NCBI GenBank assembly: GCA_051362555.1 | Contig: CM120649.1 | Location: 10,230,001 to 10,294,000 of the forward strand | Origin: Lingula anatina | Lineage: Eukaryota; Animalia; Brachiopoda | Length of the DNA: 64,000 bases | Direction of reading: 5' to 3' | Shown: piece after piece, positions 12,046 through 26,249 of the stretch | Position numbering within the stretch: position 1 is the first letter of the stretch | Layout of the letters: every line of letters starts with the position of its first letter | Position numbers and translations under genes: made by a program | Notes under the pieces: generated by a model | What the model saw: only the letters and a program-made list of their open reading frames with translations | Told to the model about the DNA's origin: nothing | The model's database searches: none

Positions 12046-14382
12046 TGAAGAAAAGAAAAGTCAGGAATGAGCCCGTGACATTTTGCACAGTTTACAACAT
12101 TTATGTATGTTTATTATAACATATACAAGCAATTGCACCATACATATGTTGGCAAAATCCGAAAGTTTTGGCTCTACATAAAAAAAAAGTAATTTTCATA
12201 ACGACAGCACAATTTGAGATGTAAATCAATCTTAAATACAACTATCTACAACTAAATGTGTGGGAGATTCTATGCAGTTTGAAGTGTCGCTCAAGATCAA
12301 TCGTTTTGGTTTTAAAAAAGAACATGAAATTTGTTTTTTTTTTTTTGCCCAGAGTTAAAAGAGAAAGTTGAAGATTCGACGTGATGTATTTAACAGCCAT
12401 CGTTCAAAGTTGACATTGGAGTATTTGTCTTGTGACTGATCCAAAATTCTACCAACGGACATTTTTATCCATAATTCAAAGGTGGCAACAGTATCGAAAT
12501 TCAAACTGCAAATGATCTCATGTAAGCGTTCCCCCCGCACGCGGGTACACACTCATGACACCGCAACTTACTCTATGTCGCCATGCTGATGATCACAAAA
12601 AACAAACACCAGTCAAACATTATTCAATTCTGTAAATTTGAGAGTTTTTTTTTCATAGATAAATAAATATGTGCCTGATAATGTGCGTCATTTTGTCTTC
12701 TCTTAAAATAATATTTTTGGTGGCACAATTTTGAGTGAACACTTAAATTTATGCGTCGTGCGAATCGAGACCAGCATGAAAACATGGTCAGTTTGCAACC
12801 TTATCCCAGTCATAGTCATTTTTAACAACAATATGTAAACAAAATTGAAAAGATTGTGCGAAAACTAGTTTACTTAAAATAACTAAGCACATTTACTCAG
12901 AAAATGCTAAAAAACTCAACGGTCTCCGGTGTTCAGTGATCAAGAAACACTCAGCAAATATAGCCCAACAGCACTGCAAGACTGGCACCTAATCAGGCCT
13001 TTTATTCTTAATCTCCCCTTGATCCCGACCAAAATAAAGAGAAAGTACCAAGTACAATATCAATGTTAAATAAAACACTGACCTTCAAATTTTGTGTAAA
13101 TCTTTTACTTTAACCAATCAAAGTTTCATTTTTCTGAATTTTTTAGAATTTTTATATTTGACATATTTGATTAGACAAAAAAATTCACAAAAGAAAAAGT
13201 AAATTGGCAACTAACAGAAAATTCCGTGTTTTAGAGGATTCACAAAGTTCGTTTAATTACTAGGTAATACCTATTACCCCCAAAACAGAGCTTTGCGGCA
13301 ACTGTAGTTTTTGATACAGGTTTGATACGGATTTTTAAATTTTCAAGTTGTAAAAGATGCGATAAATGCCAGTCCTACATATATATTTTAATTGACAAAA
13401 GACGCAAAAGGAAACAATTTCTACTATTCACAGTTTCTCTTTGAGAGTATATCCGCCTTGTAATGAAGGTAAAAAGTTAATTTTCCTTCTTAAACAAGAA
13501 AAACTTTCGAAAAAAAAAAAAAAAAAAAAACTAAACCAACCCCTGGTTTGATTTTCTGAAAAGACAAACATTTCTACCCCATCCCAGCAATAAAACTATG
13601 GGTCTATCACTGACACACTACTAGTATATCAAAACACCGGGAACCAGAGGAAGTTGATTCTTACCATGCATCATAACCGTATTTTCACAATTTTAAAAAG
13701 ACCCGTTTCAATACGTGTGGGCAATTCTGTAATAACTTGAGTACATTTTACGATTTCATTTTGCCGTTAATTCTTAAGTGTCATATTTGGATTGCAGCGT
13801 TTACAGTTTATTGTAGATTTACATCTCGTTCATTTTTTTCCAATGAACCCACAATAAAACTCGGGGCATTTTACGTAATGGAGTCGCGACTTATTTTTTC
13901 TAAAGTTAGCTTCATTAAAATCAATGCATTTTCGATTGCATAACAAAGCGTCTTATTACATATTTGCCCACACATATAATTTTACAACCAAACATTAAAC
14001 CGGTCGCACTAGCACAGTGCTCTACCTGCACATAACTTAATGATAATTTTGCAATTGATTTTATTTTCATAGATCACTTAAGCAAGGGATTTTTTGTTTT
14101 AGGATAACTTCAAAAGTGTTGTTTCAGATTCGATTATTGGTGGGTATAAACAAAAAATATAAATTACAATAAAAACATCGTGTGCTGATAGAGTGCTGTA
14201 TTACAGCTTATTTACACATGAATAGTAATATACCAGAAACGTGCAGGGTTGACGCTTGGATTTAGTCCATTTTATTAGAAGTTTCATGAATAAACCACTC
14301 GTTACACGCTACACTTCATCTGATACACGTTTTGATGCAGAATATTACAACCCAAAGCAAACATTACATTTCAAATCAAATG

Positions 14383-15822
14383 TCAACCCTGCAAGTTGAC
14401 TATACAACAAACGCAAGACAACGTTGACATGGGTGCGGGCGCTGGCGAACACGAATCTGATGTCTTTGCTGGGAGTGCGTCCAATTTCATCGTAAGACGG
14501 TTGTTACGAGACACTGAAAGTAAATGAAAAATGAAATAAATTATACGAAATCCACATGCAAGAAACCATATCTTATATTTTTTAAAGTGAAATATAATCT
14601 TTACACCGATCCATTACAGTTTGCATTAAGAGACATATAAATCATATAAGAATAGCTATATGCTAGGTAAATGACACACTTTATAACGACATTATTACTA
14701 TTGCATGCCCTGTACACACTTTTACAAGTCAACATACTAATCTTAATGTTTTTTCTATCTCTGCTAAGCCATGTCCTTCCACGAAGAGTATTTTCATGGA
14801 GACTGCATATTTACCCACATAGATAATTTTAGCATAAAAACAGAAAACAGGCCATACAATCACGCTGCTCTGCATACCAACTGTTACAAAAGATACCAGT
14901 GTTTGGACTTTATATATTTGCGGAATTAAAAGTAGATAAATGTAAACATTTGACAGAAAGCTTAGTTTTGATAATGATAATTCTGGATTTTGTAAATGCG
15001 GGGTAGGGGGTTACAATGCAGTCTCAAATTGTCTCGGTTCTGTAGGATAACATAAAACACTGGTCAATGACAAAATAATAATTTTACCAATTACTTTATT
15101 CCAATTCACCCACTTAAATAATTTCGTAATCCGAACGCTAGCATTTTAGCTCAATTTCTTTTAAAATCAGATACTTTGTTCAAGCATCTTATTTCAGATT
15201 GTATTATCAAGGATGGTATGAAATTCAAATCATGAAAATTGAAGTCAACGGAGGTCGACAGTGCCTAGCAAATATACGTTTTCTTTCCTGGTCGCGGCTA
15301 GTTCTGTAGAAAACCAGTTTTTTTGTCAGTTAACTATAATAAACAGGATATATTTGTACATGCCACTATCGTAAGATGAAAAAGGCACCCATTGGGAGCT
15401 GAGAATGTACCGGTAGTTACCTAGCTGCTTTGTCGTCTTGCTTTGACGGAATAACAAGTTCAGACCTTTGGACGGCTGGAATAATCTTCTCACTTCCCTA
15501 TGAGCAAATGCTTTCCTTCTGGAAAAACCAACATAAGAAGTTATTTATCTTTTCAAGCTCATTTCGGCATTCATGTCAATAAAATATATCCGAGATTCAT
15601 TACGACTGAAGTGGGATATGTAAACTTTTTGATAAAATATCGTCATTATAAAACGATCAGTGTTGCCTTATAACATCTACATGTATACAGTACTTACAAC
15701 AAACTACATCAGTGCCAAAATATCAGTCTACGCGTGGAAAGTGTGACAATGTGGCATGTGAGGCTTCTTCCTCTTCCTATTGACCTTGGTCCTATCTGAA
15801 TACCTCTCACCAAAATGCTCAC
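14383..15822 (-). other. Putative three-exon spliced transcript (lncRNA or small ORF)
   Basis: GC-richer blocks at 15698-15822, 15421-15518 and up to 14513, bounded on the minus strand by gtaagt/gtaact donors and tttttccag/ttactttcag acceptors. Confidence 0.35.
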
Positions 15823-16371
15823 CTGGTTACATAATATAGTATCACTGTCGTGGGATTGTGTTAGAGAAGACACGATGCGTTTTTCCCTAGTCTAAAAACG
15901 TTATCATCAGGTTATTGTACAAACAAGCCTTTTTGTTTTGTCCATAGACCTTCATCCCAAATGAATAAGGTTATTATTATTATTAACGAAGCCCAATTAA
16001 ACCATGTTGTCGCCTATTGCTCTAGAACTGTAAATATCTAACACTAGAGTTGTGGTGAATAAGGTTTGTACATGTATATCTAACATTTTATTTTTATGCA
16101 GCAGTACATACGGACCCAAATGTGCTCCATAAGAAAAAAAAATCTCATAAGAGTTAGTTTACTGAGTTCTGCAAACGAGACCCGTTATGTGTTACATTGT
16201 TTTAAGATTAGTAGAACTACTAGGCCCAAAACTATAGACCTCATAAAACTTTGCACTCTGAACTTGATTGAGAATGATTATCAAAACGAAATCAATAGAA
16301 TACCTAGGAGGCAGAATAATAGTGAGGAGTGGGAATAACCATGCAGAAAAAATAATAAATAAAAATAACGA

Positions 16372-16490
16372 AGGGGTGGGGGTCCAAAACACCGAACCAC
16401 ACAACAAGGGGGCAAGGGTCACCTTCGCATCGGAGACCTGTCATTCTAAAAAAAATGGACCCACCTCTAAATAATCCTGGATCCGCCCCT
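16372..16490. mobile_element. 3' part of a CAGGGGCGGATC-type MITE
   Basis: Ends aaataatcctggatccgcccct, matching 5286-5308. Confidence 0.6.
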
Positions 16491-17267
16491 AATTGTGACA
16501 CCAGTGAAGTGTATCACCATGTTTGTGTATCAAACTGTATGGATACCAAGTTTATATGCGGATTTCTCTTTTTTCATCATCCATTACAACATCCAGATAT
16601 TTTTCTTTTTAAATAAGTTTTATTACTTGAAGGTTCTTAGATAAAGCGCCTTCTCAAGTTCACTATACCCGTTTTGTTAAAAGCCGCTACTAACGCGTTT
16701 TGGAAAGTGCTAACTTTTAGGGGATTTCTGTTTTTACCATAAATCTCCAAATCCCTTTTCAAATTAGAGCTTCATGATTTCAGCTTGTTTTTGCTTTGAA
16801 TTGAAAGCGATTTCTTATATTTAATCCACCTACATGTATATGGATACACGTTAAAAAAAAGTCCTGTCATTCAATGACTTACACCAAAATTTCGTTATTT
16901 GCATTTTTACCTTTCTATATAAGGAGTTGTTCCAGTTTCTCCTCCAAATTCGTGGTTTGATATTTTAGAATGGAAACCCAAAAGTTGTTAACAGAAGTTC
17001 TCCAAAGAGTCTTTTCGGAAAAAAGTGTTTTTTTTTTCTTTTAAGATGCATTACAAGCGAGAAAGTCGCTCTGTACATCCCGTGTAAGGCATACAAATTA
17101 CTACTACTACCAGCTTCTTAAACAACAGAAACAAAAGAACTCAAAATGAAATTTATCACTCTATCATCTGAAAAAACCTTTAAAACTGCAACTTTATCAT
17201 ATTTCTGGCCGTAGATTTGATATATTATCCGTTCCTCCATTTCAGAGGACCTGTGCTATTTCTTTAA

Positions 17268-17566
17268 AGGAATAATAACTCTTCTTTTTGGCCATAAAAT
17301 GAATTTTCCTGGAGTAAACAATTTTCCCATTCTAACCAATGGTTAATGAATCCATTTTTACATTCAAAGTTAGTCCGTTTTTTTCTAAAAAGTTTGTTTT
17401 TTAACAGAGTATAGCCATCAATGGAAGATACGTGGTCTAAAGACAAGCTCAGATATCAGAATAATAGCTATAACTGCCGTTTTTGTGGTAAAACATATTA
17501 TATTTCTGAGTTTTTCACAATGTTTTTATTGAAAATATAGATCTCATACGAAGAGTTATTATCTCC
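17268..17566. mobile_element. Kolobok/T2-type MITE (inverted sister copy at 62664-62989)
   Basis: TTAA on both flanks. TIR aggaataataactcttc/gaagagttattatctcc. Interior is the reverse complement of 62664-62989. Confidence 0.85.
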
Positions 17567-18581
17567 TTAAGTTATACTTTTTCCTAACTATACATGGCGG
17601 CATTTGGTCAAGTTTATGGACAATAATTTGACAAGTCTAGTCGCTTAATATGCACCTTTGAGTTAATTTGTACCGCTGTAATTTTGTCAGGTCTGGTGAA
17701 AAGAATTTCTAATTAGTTATAAATATACGGTACGCAATATATACCGCCTATTTAAAACGTGTCTCTGTCCTGTACACTACAAGCTATGGTTTTCGCTTGA
17801 CTGTTACTATACTTTCTTTTTATCATTTTATTTTTATTCATCTTAGTGTTGCCATTGTTATATCTACTAGTGCCTTAATTTAGGACTCATTCCCAATGAA
17901 ACTATTGGTCTATGTAAGTCGATCCAACTCCACAGGGACTCTCGCTGAATGCTATCAGATTGGCACGCTTCCTCTTGTTTATAACGTACTTGTAATGTTG
18001 AATAATGATAATTCTAAGAAAAAAAGGTGAAAGACATTTTCAAAATTTAAAGTAATAAAATCATATAATTACCTAAAATAATACAAGTATGATAAATAAT
18101 GACAATAACTGCATTGTAGACTTTCAATATAATTTTCAAAGACATAAAAACTGTATTTATAAACATTTGCACAGTGCTTTTTATTTACAATTGTGCATTA
18201 AAAATATAAATTTATGTAATATTTCATAAGTAAACAAAAGCCTGAAATTCACTGCAAAGAGACTGTAGTTTGCCACTTTTAAAATGTTCTCTCTCTCTTA
18301 TCACTGTATATCATGTCCACAGTGAGTTCAGTGATTTCTATGAGACTGATACATATACAGACATATACAACCATGATCTCCACTGCACTGATGAATAGAA
18401 TAGTCACATCATATTACCTGGTTGGGGTTATGTGCATAAATGAAATATCTTAAATATTACAGTAAGTGTAAATGTAACTCTCAAGTGGTGAAAAACAGGA
18501 AAATTTTTATATATCAAGTATTCTTCATCAGTTTTGTATACATACCCATTGTTAACTTAAGTTTTACCACCTACCCATGCC

Positions 18582-18741
18582 AGCGCATTCAGAACAGTGG
18601 ACTAACAGATCAGCAGATCAAATATGGCGTAATCCCTACAGGGAATCCATTCAATGTCTAACCAGGAATTAAGTGGCAAGCTTGTTAGTGGGTTGCCATA
18701 TTTGACCCATGGATCTGTTAGTTCACTGTTCTGAATGTGCT
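18582..18741. mobile_element. Palindromic MITE
   Basis: Inverted repeats agcgcattcagaacagtggactaacagatc / gatctgttagttcactgttctgaatgtgct, plus inner caaatatggc/gccatatttg. Confidence 0.7.
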
Positions 18742-19404
18742 CAATGAGGCATGAGAGAGAAAATATAACAACAGCTATAAGAGTCTGAAGTTTTATAACT
18801 GCTTAATTTCTCTTTCTTATCTTTCTTTATCTATGCCTCTCTACAACTCCAACCCAGTTTCTCTTAAATTAAATTCTTTTAGACCACCACAAGTCAAACC
18901 ACTAATTGCTTTATCTGGTATTAGTTTATTACTACTTAAGGCAAACTCAATAAAAACTTTGGACATTTAAGATGAGAAAATGCCTTGTCTTTTAATTCAA
19001 TTTAAAAAAAATAACAAAAAATTAAAATGTAAGCAACAAAAGTAAGTACTCATCTTTTTATAAAGACTACAATGGGATCATAACAGTAGTGTACAAACTA
19101 GTATAAAAGCTTCAGTATACTTACTGCAAAATGTTCTTTTATTCTTTCTTCAAAGAAATAATAAGAATAAAATGATATTCTGCATATTACTCACAAAAAT
19201 TTACTGCAGACATCTTTTATACTTAATTATCTTTGGGCAAACCATAAGATGAACACTAACATAAGACTAGACAGCAAAGCTGGCTAAATATACAGACACA
19301 AAACAAGACAAGTTGCAACAATAGAGTTTAATAAATTTTTTTCTGTGACAGCACTGAATATATAAAATTAGCATACATATTTGGAGATTTTTGTCAGGAA
19401 AAAT

Positions 19405-19800
19405 AATGTAGAGACGGTGACTCTTGTTTAATAGCTAAGACTGGAAAGCGCACTTGCTCATTCATGATGCTTAAACATATTCTGAAGTTGCAAAATTTGA
19501 TATGAATTGAGGCATTTATTTTTTGTTCTTTACGTTTTCTTAAGAAGAAAAGTTTACAAACTGAGGAGCAGCAGTGTAAAACTGTCTTACACAAGAGCAA
19601 GGGAAATTGTTCTTGATGCTTTAAGTTCAATTGGTTTGGATAAGAAATTATTTGGTCTTCATAGATTAAGAACAGGAACTATAGCTTCAATCTGCTAATG
19701 CAGGGACTAAAGATAGATTTAAAAAACATGGAAAATGGAGATCCTAGTACACAGAAGACGGACAGATACTGTTGAAGAGAGATTTCTTTAAACTTTGGGA
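19405..19800 (+). pseudogene. Tyrosine-recombinase fragment of a DIRS/Ngaro-type retrotransposon
   Basis: KLSYTRAREIVLDALSSIGLDKKLFGLHRLRTG (HxLR box), then a frameshifted DRFKKHGKWRS (HGRW box). Confidence 0.8.
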
Positions 19801-20289
19801 TTTATAATTTTTGTTTTTTAAACATTGCTTTTATTAGAACATAACAACGTACTGTTATTCTACTTCTATATTTTTCGTATGATATATTTGACCTATTGAT
19901 ATGCCTCTTTGCAAATGACCATGAATGTTTCATTCCCAAATGGTATAGTATATTTTATTCACATACTCTATGTAAGTAATATTATTTTATTTTAAGGGTG
20001 TGACACCATAACAAAAATAATACATGTATTTGGATGTTGATAGGTCATTTAAATCCTGGTCTACATGTTGCTGTCTGTGAGTACACATGGTTATTGGAAC
20101 AACCCATTAAATTAAATAAATAATAATGTTCAAATAGTTATAAGTGTCTGCAAGTATGTGTTCCTGATGCTGTGTACGTAGAACTCCTAGTATTTCAATA
20201 TGAACATGAAGACATATGTTATAATTGTGTACCTGTATTTTTGATAAAAAAATAATAACATTTCAGGCTATTTTAATGTCTTTTCATGC

Positions 20290-20583
20290 AAGAATGTTGT
20301 CTTACAACTGGGGTTGAAACAACATTGTTATCTGACTTTGATACAATTTTCAAATCCAATGATAATCCTATATCTTGTCAACGTTTAAGCTAAACATTGT
20401 TTCAACGCTGAAACAACATAATTTCCGGCTGTGTGGGGTTGATACAACATTGTTTTCTGACGTTGATACAATGTTGTTATCTGACATTGATCCAACTTTC
20501 AAATTTAATGTTTATCCAACGTTGAGTCAACGTTGAAGTTAAATGTTGTTTCAACATTAAAAAGACATAATTTGCCTGCTGGG
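20290..20583. repeat. caacgttg-rich subterminal repeats ending in tgcctgctggg (probable end of a CMC/EnSpm-type element)
   Basis: Multiple caacattgtt/caacgttg palindromic units. Only one terminus is visible. Confidence 0.45.
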
Positions 20584-20664
20584 CAGCTGCATCTCCATAG
20601 TCAGAAGGTTCAATGATTCAAAGATATGATAGTTATGTTCCAAATATTTGGCATACATAAAGGT

Positions 20665-21050
20665 AGATTCTTTTGGGGCCCACCTGACGGACAAGGTGTG
20701 ACAAGAGGCAAGAAGGACCAATGCAACAATGGCTATAATACCAGGAGGATGCACTTCTGAGGCATAGAAGCTTGATGTCTGTCTCAACAAACCTTTCAAG
20801 GACCAACTACGAAAGCTATGTACTGACTTCATGAGGGGGGAGGTGGACAGGACTGACGAGAGACTTGGCCAAAGCCTCACAGCATTGAAGGCCACAGTGG
20901 TGCAAGGGATTGCCACTGCTGGTGGAGATGGTGGCGAAGTCCTTCCATGTGACTGTCATTACCGGACAGACATAGACAGACGGACCTGTAGACATCACAG
21001 ACATGTTTGACAGCGACGACGACGACAATGGTGAGGACTTTCTAGCTTTT
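20665..21050 (+). pseudogene. pogo-like DDE transposase C-terminal fragment
   Basis: DSFGAHLTDKV*...AIIPGGCTSEA*KLDVCLNKPFKDQLRK with in-frame stops. Related to 45075-45590. Confidence 0.85.
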
Positions 21051-22109
21051 CACATAGTGGATGGACTGGACGAATACATTTGCTTAACAATGACACTACA
21101 ATAAACTACTACAATAAACTAAGATTAGGATTAGATAATATCATAATATAATATCTCATTATAAAATCTAACAGACTAGCACTTTATGGCTCAAATGACT
21201 TTTGAAATGGGGTGCCCAGGCATTTAAGAGATGGAAGTAGCTTAAATTCAGAAATGTAGTAAATGTGGTGAAGTAGTGAAAGAGTGATTGAAACCTTGGC
21301 TTGATATGTTATTTTGCAATAAAACAATGTTGACTAATACATTATAGTTTTTATTGATTTCATAATGTAATATACCCTCCTTTGTCTATTGCTACCTCTG
21401 ATCCTGGAACTTGTGAAAGCTAGATAAACCACAACAAAAACTAATGGAAACGTTAGCTGCAAGCTTAAGTGCTTATCCATGACATGAGAAAACCATCCCA
21501 AATGCAGAAAATGCGGCAAGGTGGGGATCAACGGATTTACACTGTATTTGGTGTGTTTGATTTATACATGTATAAATTGATAATTTCTTTGTTATATTTT
21601 GATTAGCCCTAAGGATTAAACTTCCCATCTTCAAGTAGCAGTAGTGGTGAAAGCTCAAGTAGACCACCTTCAGAGTTGGAATCATCCTGGGCTCCTACCT
21701 CAGCTGTGAATGTTGGCCAATCCGATCTTTCTGCCTTAAACCAGTTTTGAGGGGGGTGGAGTAGAGCCTGTTCAGGGACAGTTGCACACCCCCTTAGAAG
21801 AAGTGGCACCCCGCACCATGATCAGGCTTTACACCCAAAAATCAAAGGAGGGAGTGAACCTTAATTTGTGTTGATCTGTTTAGCTCCTGGCCAGGAAGAT
21901 AAATTGTGGCAACAAATACAACAACCTGAGAATCCTGAAGTCAGTGAAAGTCTAACATTCTCTTGTAGAATGTTACCTATCAGCATAATCCGCCAGTGCA
22001 AGCTAGACTTCAGATTCTGTCTCTCTCTTAGTTGTTGATCGAACAAATTCAGATTTAATGGCTAGCATGAATTATTGTTATAGAATGTTAGGCAGTTTCT
22101 TTTTAATAA

Positions 22110-23085
22110 GGCCACACTTTTTTAATTTTATGGATGACATCCTGCGCGCGCACGGATTTTCGCCCGTTCTCCAAAAAAAAAAAAAAAAAAAAAAGCCCCC
22201 CCCCCAGCCCCCAACGAAGTCGGTTGTCGCAAACGTTCTTATTGAATTTGCAAGGAAATGAGCTTTCTGCGCATGCGTATTTTCGCCACGTGGAAATGCG
22301 GCCACTTTGCTGTCAAATTCATCTCTAGGATTACTTTCAAATTACACAACAATAAAAGTCATAAAGAGAACGGGCGCCATCGTTTTGGATTGGTATGCCA
22401 TTGATATTGGGCATGGAGATATCACCTTTTTACAATTGTGCGAAAGGCTGGCGGCGGCCGAAACATTTCTGTGACATTCTGTATAAAGCAGCACATTAAT
22501 ACCAGGTTTTCTGTAGCGAAAAAAGGGTCGACAAGGGCGTTGAGGTATTTGGTGGGCTGAAGGTCGGACAGGCCACCTGACAGTTTAGCTGCTTCGTGTG
22601 AGTTGAAGTTGACAAAATGGCATCGTCTGAAATGACCTTTAATAGATTTGGTAGTATTAAGCATATCTTTGCATCATTTGTTAAACATTTCTGTGAAGTG
22701 TTCAAAATGTTTTAATATTCTGAGAATACAAATAAAGACACACTGTTTGATTGATATTTGTTTTATTGATTGCTATACCAAATGAATGCATGAAATAACC
22801 TTAAATAGATTTGGTAATATGAAGTATATCAATTCATGACTTTTTTTACATTTCTACGAAGTATTCACAATGCTTTAATATTTTGAGAGCATGGATAAAG
22901 ACATATTGTTAGTTTGATACGTGTTTCTGTGGTTAAATTTGTGTTTCCAGCTGTGTACTGACAGCATTCCTTTACTTAAGCATTTTTTTTTTTTTTTTGG
23001 ACTGTTTTTTTTTTTTTTTTCGCCCTCTCGCACCGATTTTGGGGTACCCAGAGGATGTCATCCATAAAAATAAAAAAGTGTGGCC
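22110..23085. mobile_element. PIF/Harbinger-type non-autonomous element
   Basis: ~35-bp TIR ggccacacttttttaattttatggatgacatcct / aggatgtcatccataaaaataaaaaagtgtggcc. TAA TSD on both sides. Confidence 0.9.
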
Positions 23086-23290
23086 TAACTTGTTTCTCAA
23101 GCTCCGCCGACCTCAAACTGGCCAAAAAAGAAAAAAATGAAACCAAAATATTGATTATTTTTTTACTGATGTCCGACTGATCTTATTGTTAATTCACAAT
23201 AAAATTAACGCGAAAACTTTCAAGTTTCACGGTACTCCCATATCACATATTTCCTACAAGTACAAAATGAAGGTCATTTAAGCCAAGGGT

Positions 23291-23491
23291 TGTAGTTCGT
23301 AGCAAAAGAACATGGCATTAGAGATAAGAGATTGAATTAGATTAGATTGGAGTACAGAGCGTAGCACAGAATAGAGTAGAGATTAGTGATTTGAACACAT
23401 GTAGAGACGGTCAAGATAACCGAAAGTTGTGACTTTTGAACTTAACTTAGTTGAATAAACTTCATAGTTTTATTTTCAACTGGTGGCAGCG
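23291..23491 (+). mobile_element. Possible LTR followed by a tRNA-Leu-type primer-binding site
   Basis: TG...CA block containing aataaa, followed by tggtggcagcg (23481-23491). No internal coding region follows. Confidence 0.35.
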
Positions 23492-23640
23492 TTTATTTTG
23501 AATTTCACCAATCGCATTCTGAAGAGGAAGTAAGAACGTGACAATATACATTATTGTAGCTGGCGACAAATTGTGCAGGGCAACAAATTGTGCGGACAAT
23601 GCCTACACAGTTTGTCACCACCTAAGGATGACAATTTGTG

Positions 23641-26249
23641 CCGGTGTACCATGAAAATCTGACTCCCCTAAAATGTGACTCCCCAGTCAGATTTTCATTA
23701 TGAAAATGTGACTCCCCAGTCAGATTTTCATAATGAAAATGTGACTCCCCCTATGAAATTTTGACTCCCCCCCCCCAAAAAAAAATTCTTTAATCTCATT
23801 TTATTTGAGTAAATGACTATGATTTTGTAGTATTATAATGGATGATACATTGGCACTTATTTGTAGTTTGCAGGTGAAAATTTTCATTAAAAAAAAGAAA
23901 AATTAAAAATGTGCACATAATAAAAATGTGGTTCCCCTATGAAAATTTGACTCCCCTACAAAAAAACATTCATTAATCTCTAATTAATTTAGAAAATGAC
24001 TATGATTTTGTAGTATGCATAATGGATGATACATTGGCACTTTTTTGTAGTTTGCAGGTGAAATTTTTCAAAAAAAAAAAAAGAAAAATTAAAATTTTCA
24101 CATAATGAAAATCTGACTCCCCCATGAAAATTTGACTCCCCCTCCACAAAACTTCATTAATCTTATTTTATTTTGAGTATATGACTGTGATCTTGTAGTA
24201 TGGAAAATGGATGATACATTGGCACATTTTTTGTAGTTTGCAGTGAAAATTTTAATGAAAAAATGAGAAAATTGAAAATGTGATATGACTGTGATATGCT
24301 TGGTGGTAGCTTAATCATATGTCGTAGCTTAAAGGAAAAAAAATATTAAATATGAAACATTTGATTTGTAAGATGGGTCGTCAAAGTCCTTTGGGCGCAA
24401 GAATGCATACTTATTATCCTTTTTGCTTAATTAACCCCCATCTTTCATCCAGCTTTGGGGAAAATAATGGGAAAACAAAAGGAAGTGTTTTGCTGGGTAT
24501 GCCATATAGGAAGAATTAAATAAAAAAGGCGATGGGGCCAATTTCTTGTCTTAAAAATGTAGTGTTTTGAAATGGGAGTGCAAAACCTTCAAGAATAAAG
24601 ATGGATACTTGTTTTTTAAATATTGACCAAAATTTTCATCATCAAACTTTCAAATAATGACAAAATATCCATCTCTATGTAAACAATGTGGAAAACAGTG
24701 GTATGGTCACTGAATACAAAATAGGTCCTTTTCTCCATGGGAGTCCAAATCTCATGGGTGTAAAAATAAAGATTTTCATGATTTCTTTTTAATGCTCTCA
24801 CTATTTTATCAACAAACCTTTAAATATTTCCAATATATTTTTCATAAAGTATCCTAAAAGAAAAGGTGTTGAAATGATCATTGAATATTAAATAACATAG
24901 GGGAGACAATAGGCGATTAAGTGGACATTTTTAATTTTCTTATTTTTTCATGAAAATTTTCATCTGCAAATTACAAAAAAGCACCAATTTATCCTCCATT
25001 TCACATACTACAAGATCACAGTCACATACTCAAAATAAAATAAGATTTATGAAGTTTTGTGGAGGGGGAGTCATATTTTCATGGGGGAGTCAGATTTTCA
25101 TTATTTGCTCATTTTTTAATTTTCTTACTTTTTCACATAATTTTTCACCTGCAAACTACAACAAATGTGCCAATCTATCCTCCTTTTTACATACTACAAG
25201 ATCACAGACATATACTCAAAATAAAATAAGATTTATGAAGTTTTGTGGAGGGGGAGTCAAATTTTCATGGAGGAGTCAGATTTTCACTATGTGCACATTT
25301 TTAATTTTCTTATTCTTTCATTAAAATTTTTACTGCAAACTACAAAAAATGTGCCAATGTATTAAGTATTTTACTTACTACAAGATCACAGTCATATACC
25401 CAAAATAAGATAAGATTTATGAAGTTTTATGATGGGGGAGTCACATTTTCATGGGGGAGTCACATTTTCATTACATGCTCATTTTTAATTTTCTTATTTT
25501 TTCATTAAAATTTTCACCTTCGAACTACAAAAAATGTGCCAATGTATCCTCCATTTTACATTCTACAAGATCACAGACATATACTCAAAATAAAGAAAGT
25601 TTTATGAAGTTTTATGATGGGGGAGTTCAATTTTCACAGGGGAATCAAATTTTCCTTTTGTGCACATTTTAATTTTCTTTATTTTTCATTAAAATTTTCA
25701 CCTGCAAACTACAAAAAATGTGCCAATGTATCCTCCATTTTACATACTACAAGATCACAGACATATACCCAAAATAAAATAAGATTTATAAAGTTTTATG
25801 ATAGGGGAGTCAGATTTTCATTATGTGCTCATTTTTAATTTTCTTATTTTTTCATTAAAATTTTCACTGCAAACTACAAAAAATGTGCCAATCTATCCTC
25901 CTTTTTACATACAACAAGATTACAGTCATATACCCAAAATAAAATAAAATTTATGAAGTTTTTTTATAGGGGAATCAAATTTTCATAGAGGAGTCAGATT
26001 TTCATTATGTGCATATTTTTAATTTTCTAATTTTTTCATTAAAATTTTCAGTGCAAACTACAAAAAATGTGCCAACGTATCATCCATTTTACATACTACA
26101 AGATCACAGTCATATACTCAAATAAAATAAGATGTATGAAGTTTTGTGGAGGGGGAGTCAAATTTTCATGGGGGGAGTCAGATTTTCATTATGAAAATCT
26201 GACTGGGGAGTCACATTTTCATGGGAGTCAGATTTTCATGTTACACCAG
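23641..26249. mobile_element. Foldback-type element with long inverted arms built from ~185-bp units
   Basis: Termini ccggtgtaccatgaaaatctgactcccc / ggagtcagattttcatgttacaccag. Left arm ~23641-24290 (about 3 units), right arm ~24925-26249 (about 7 units), unique core between. Flanked by tgacaatttgtg. Confidence 0.85.

Noticed and set aside
21440-22040. GC-richer block as a gag-like or host exon
   Set aside because: No continuous frame or recognisable motif, so I could not support a call.
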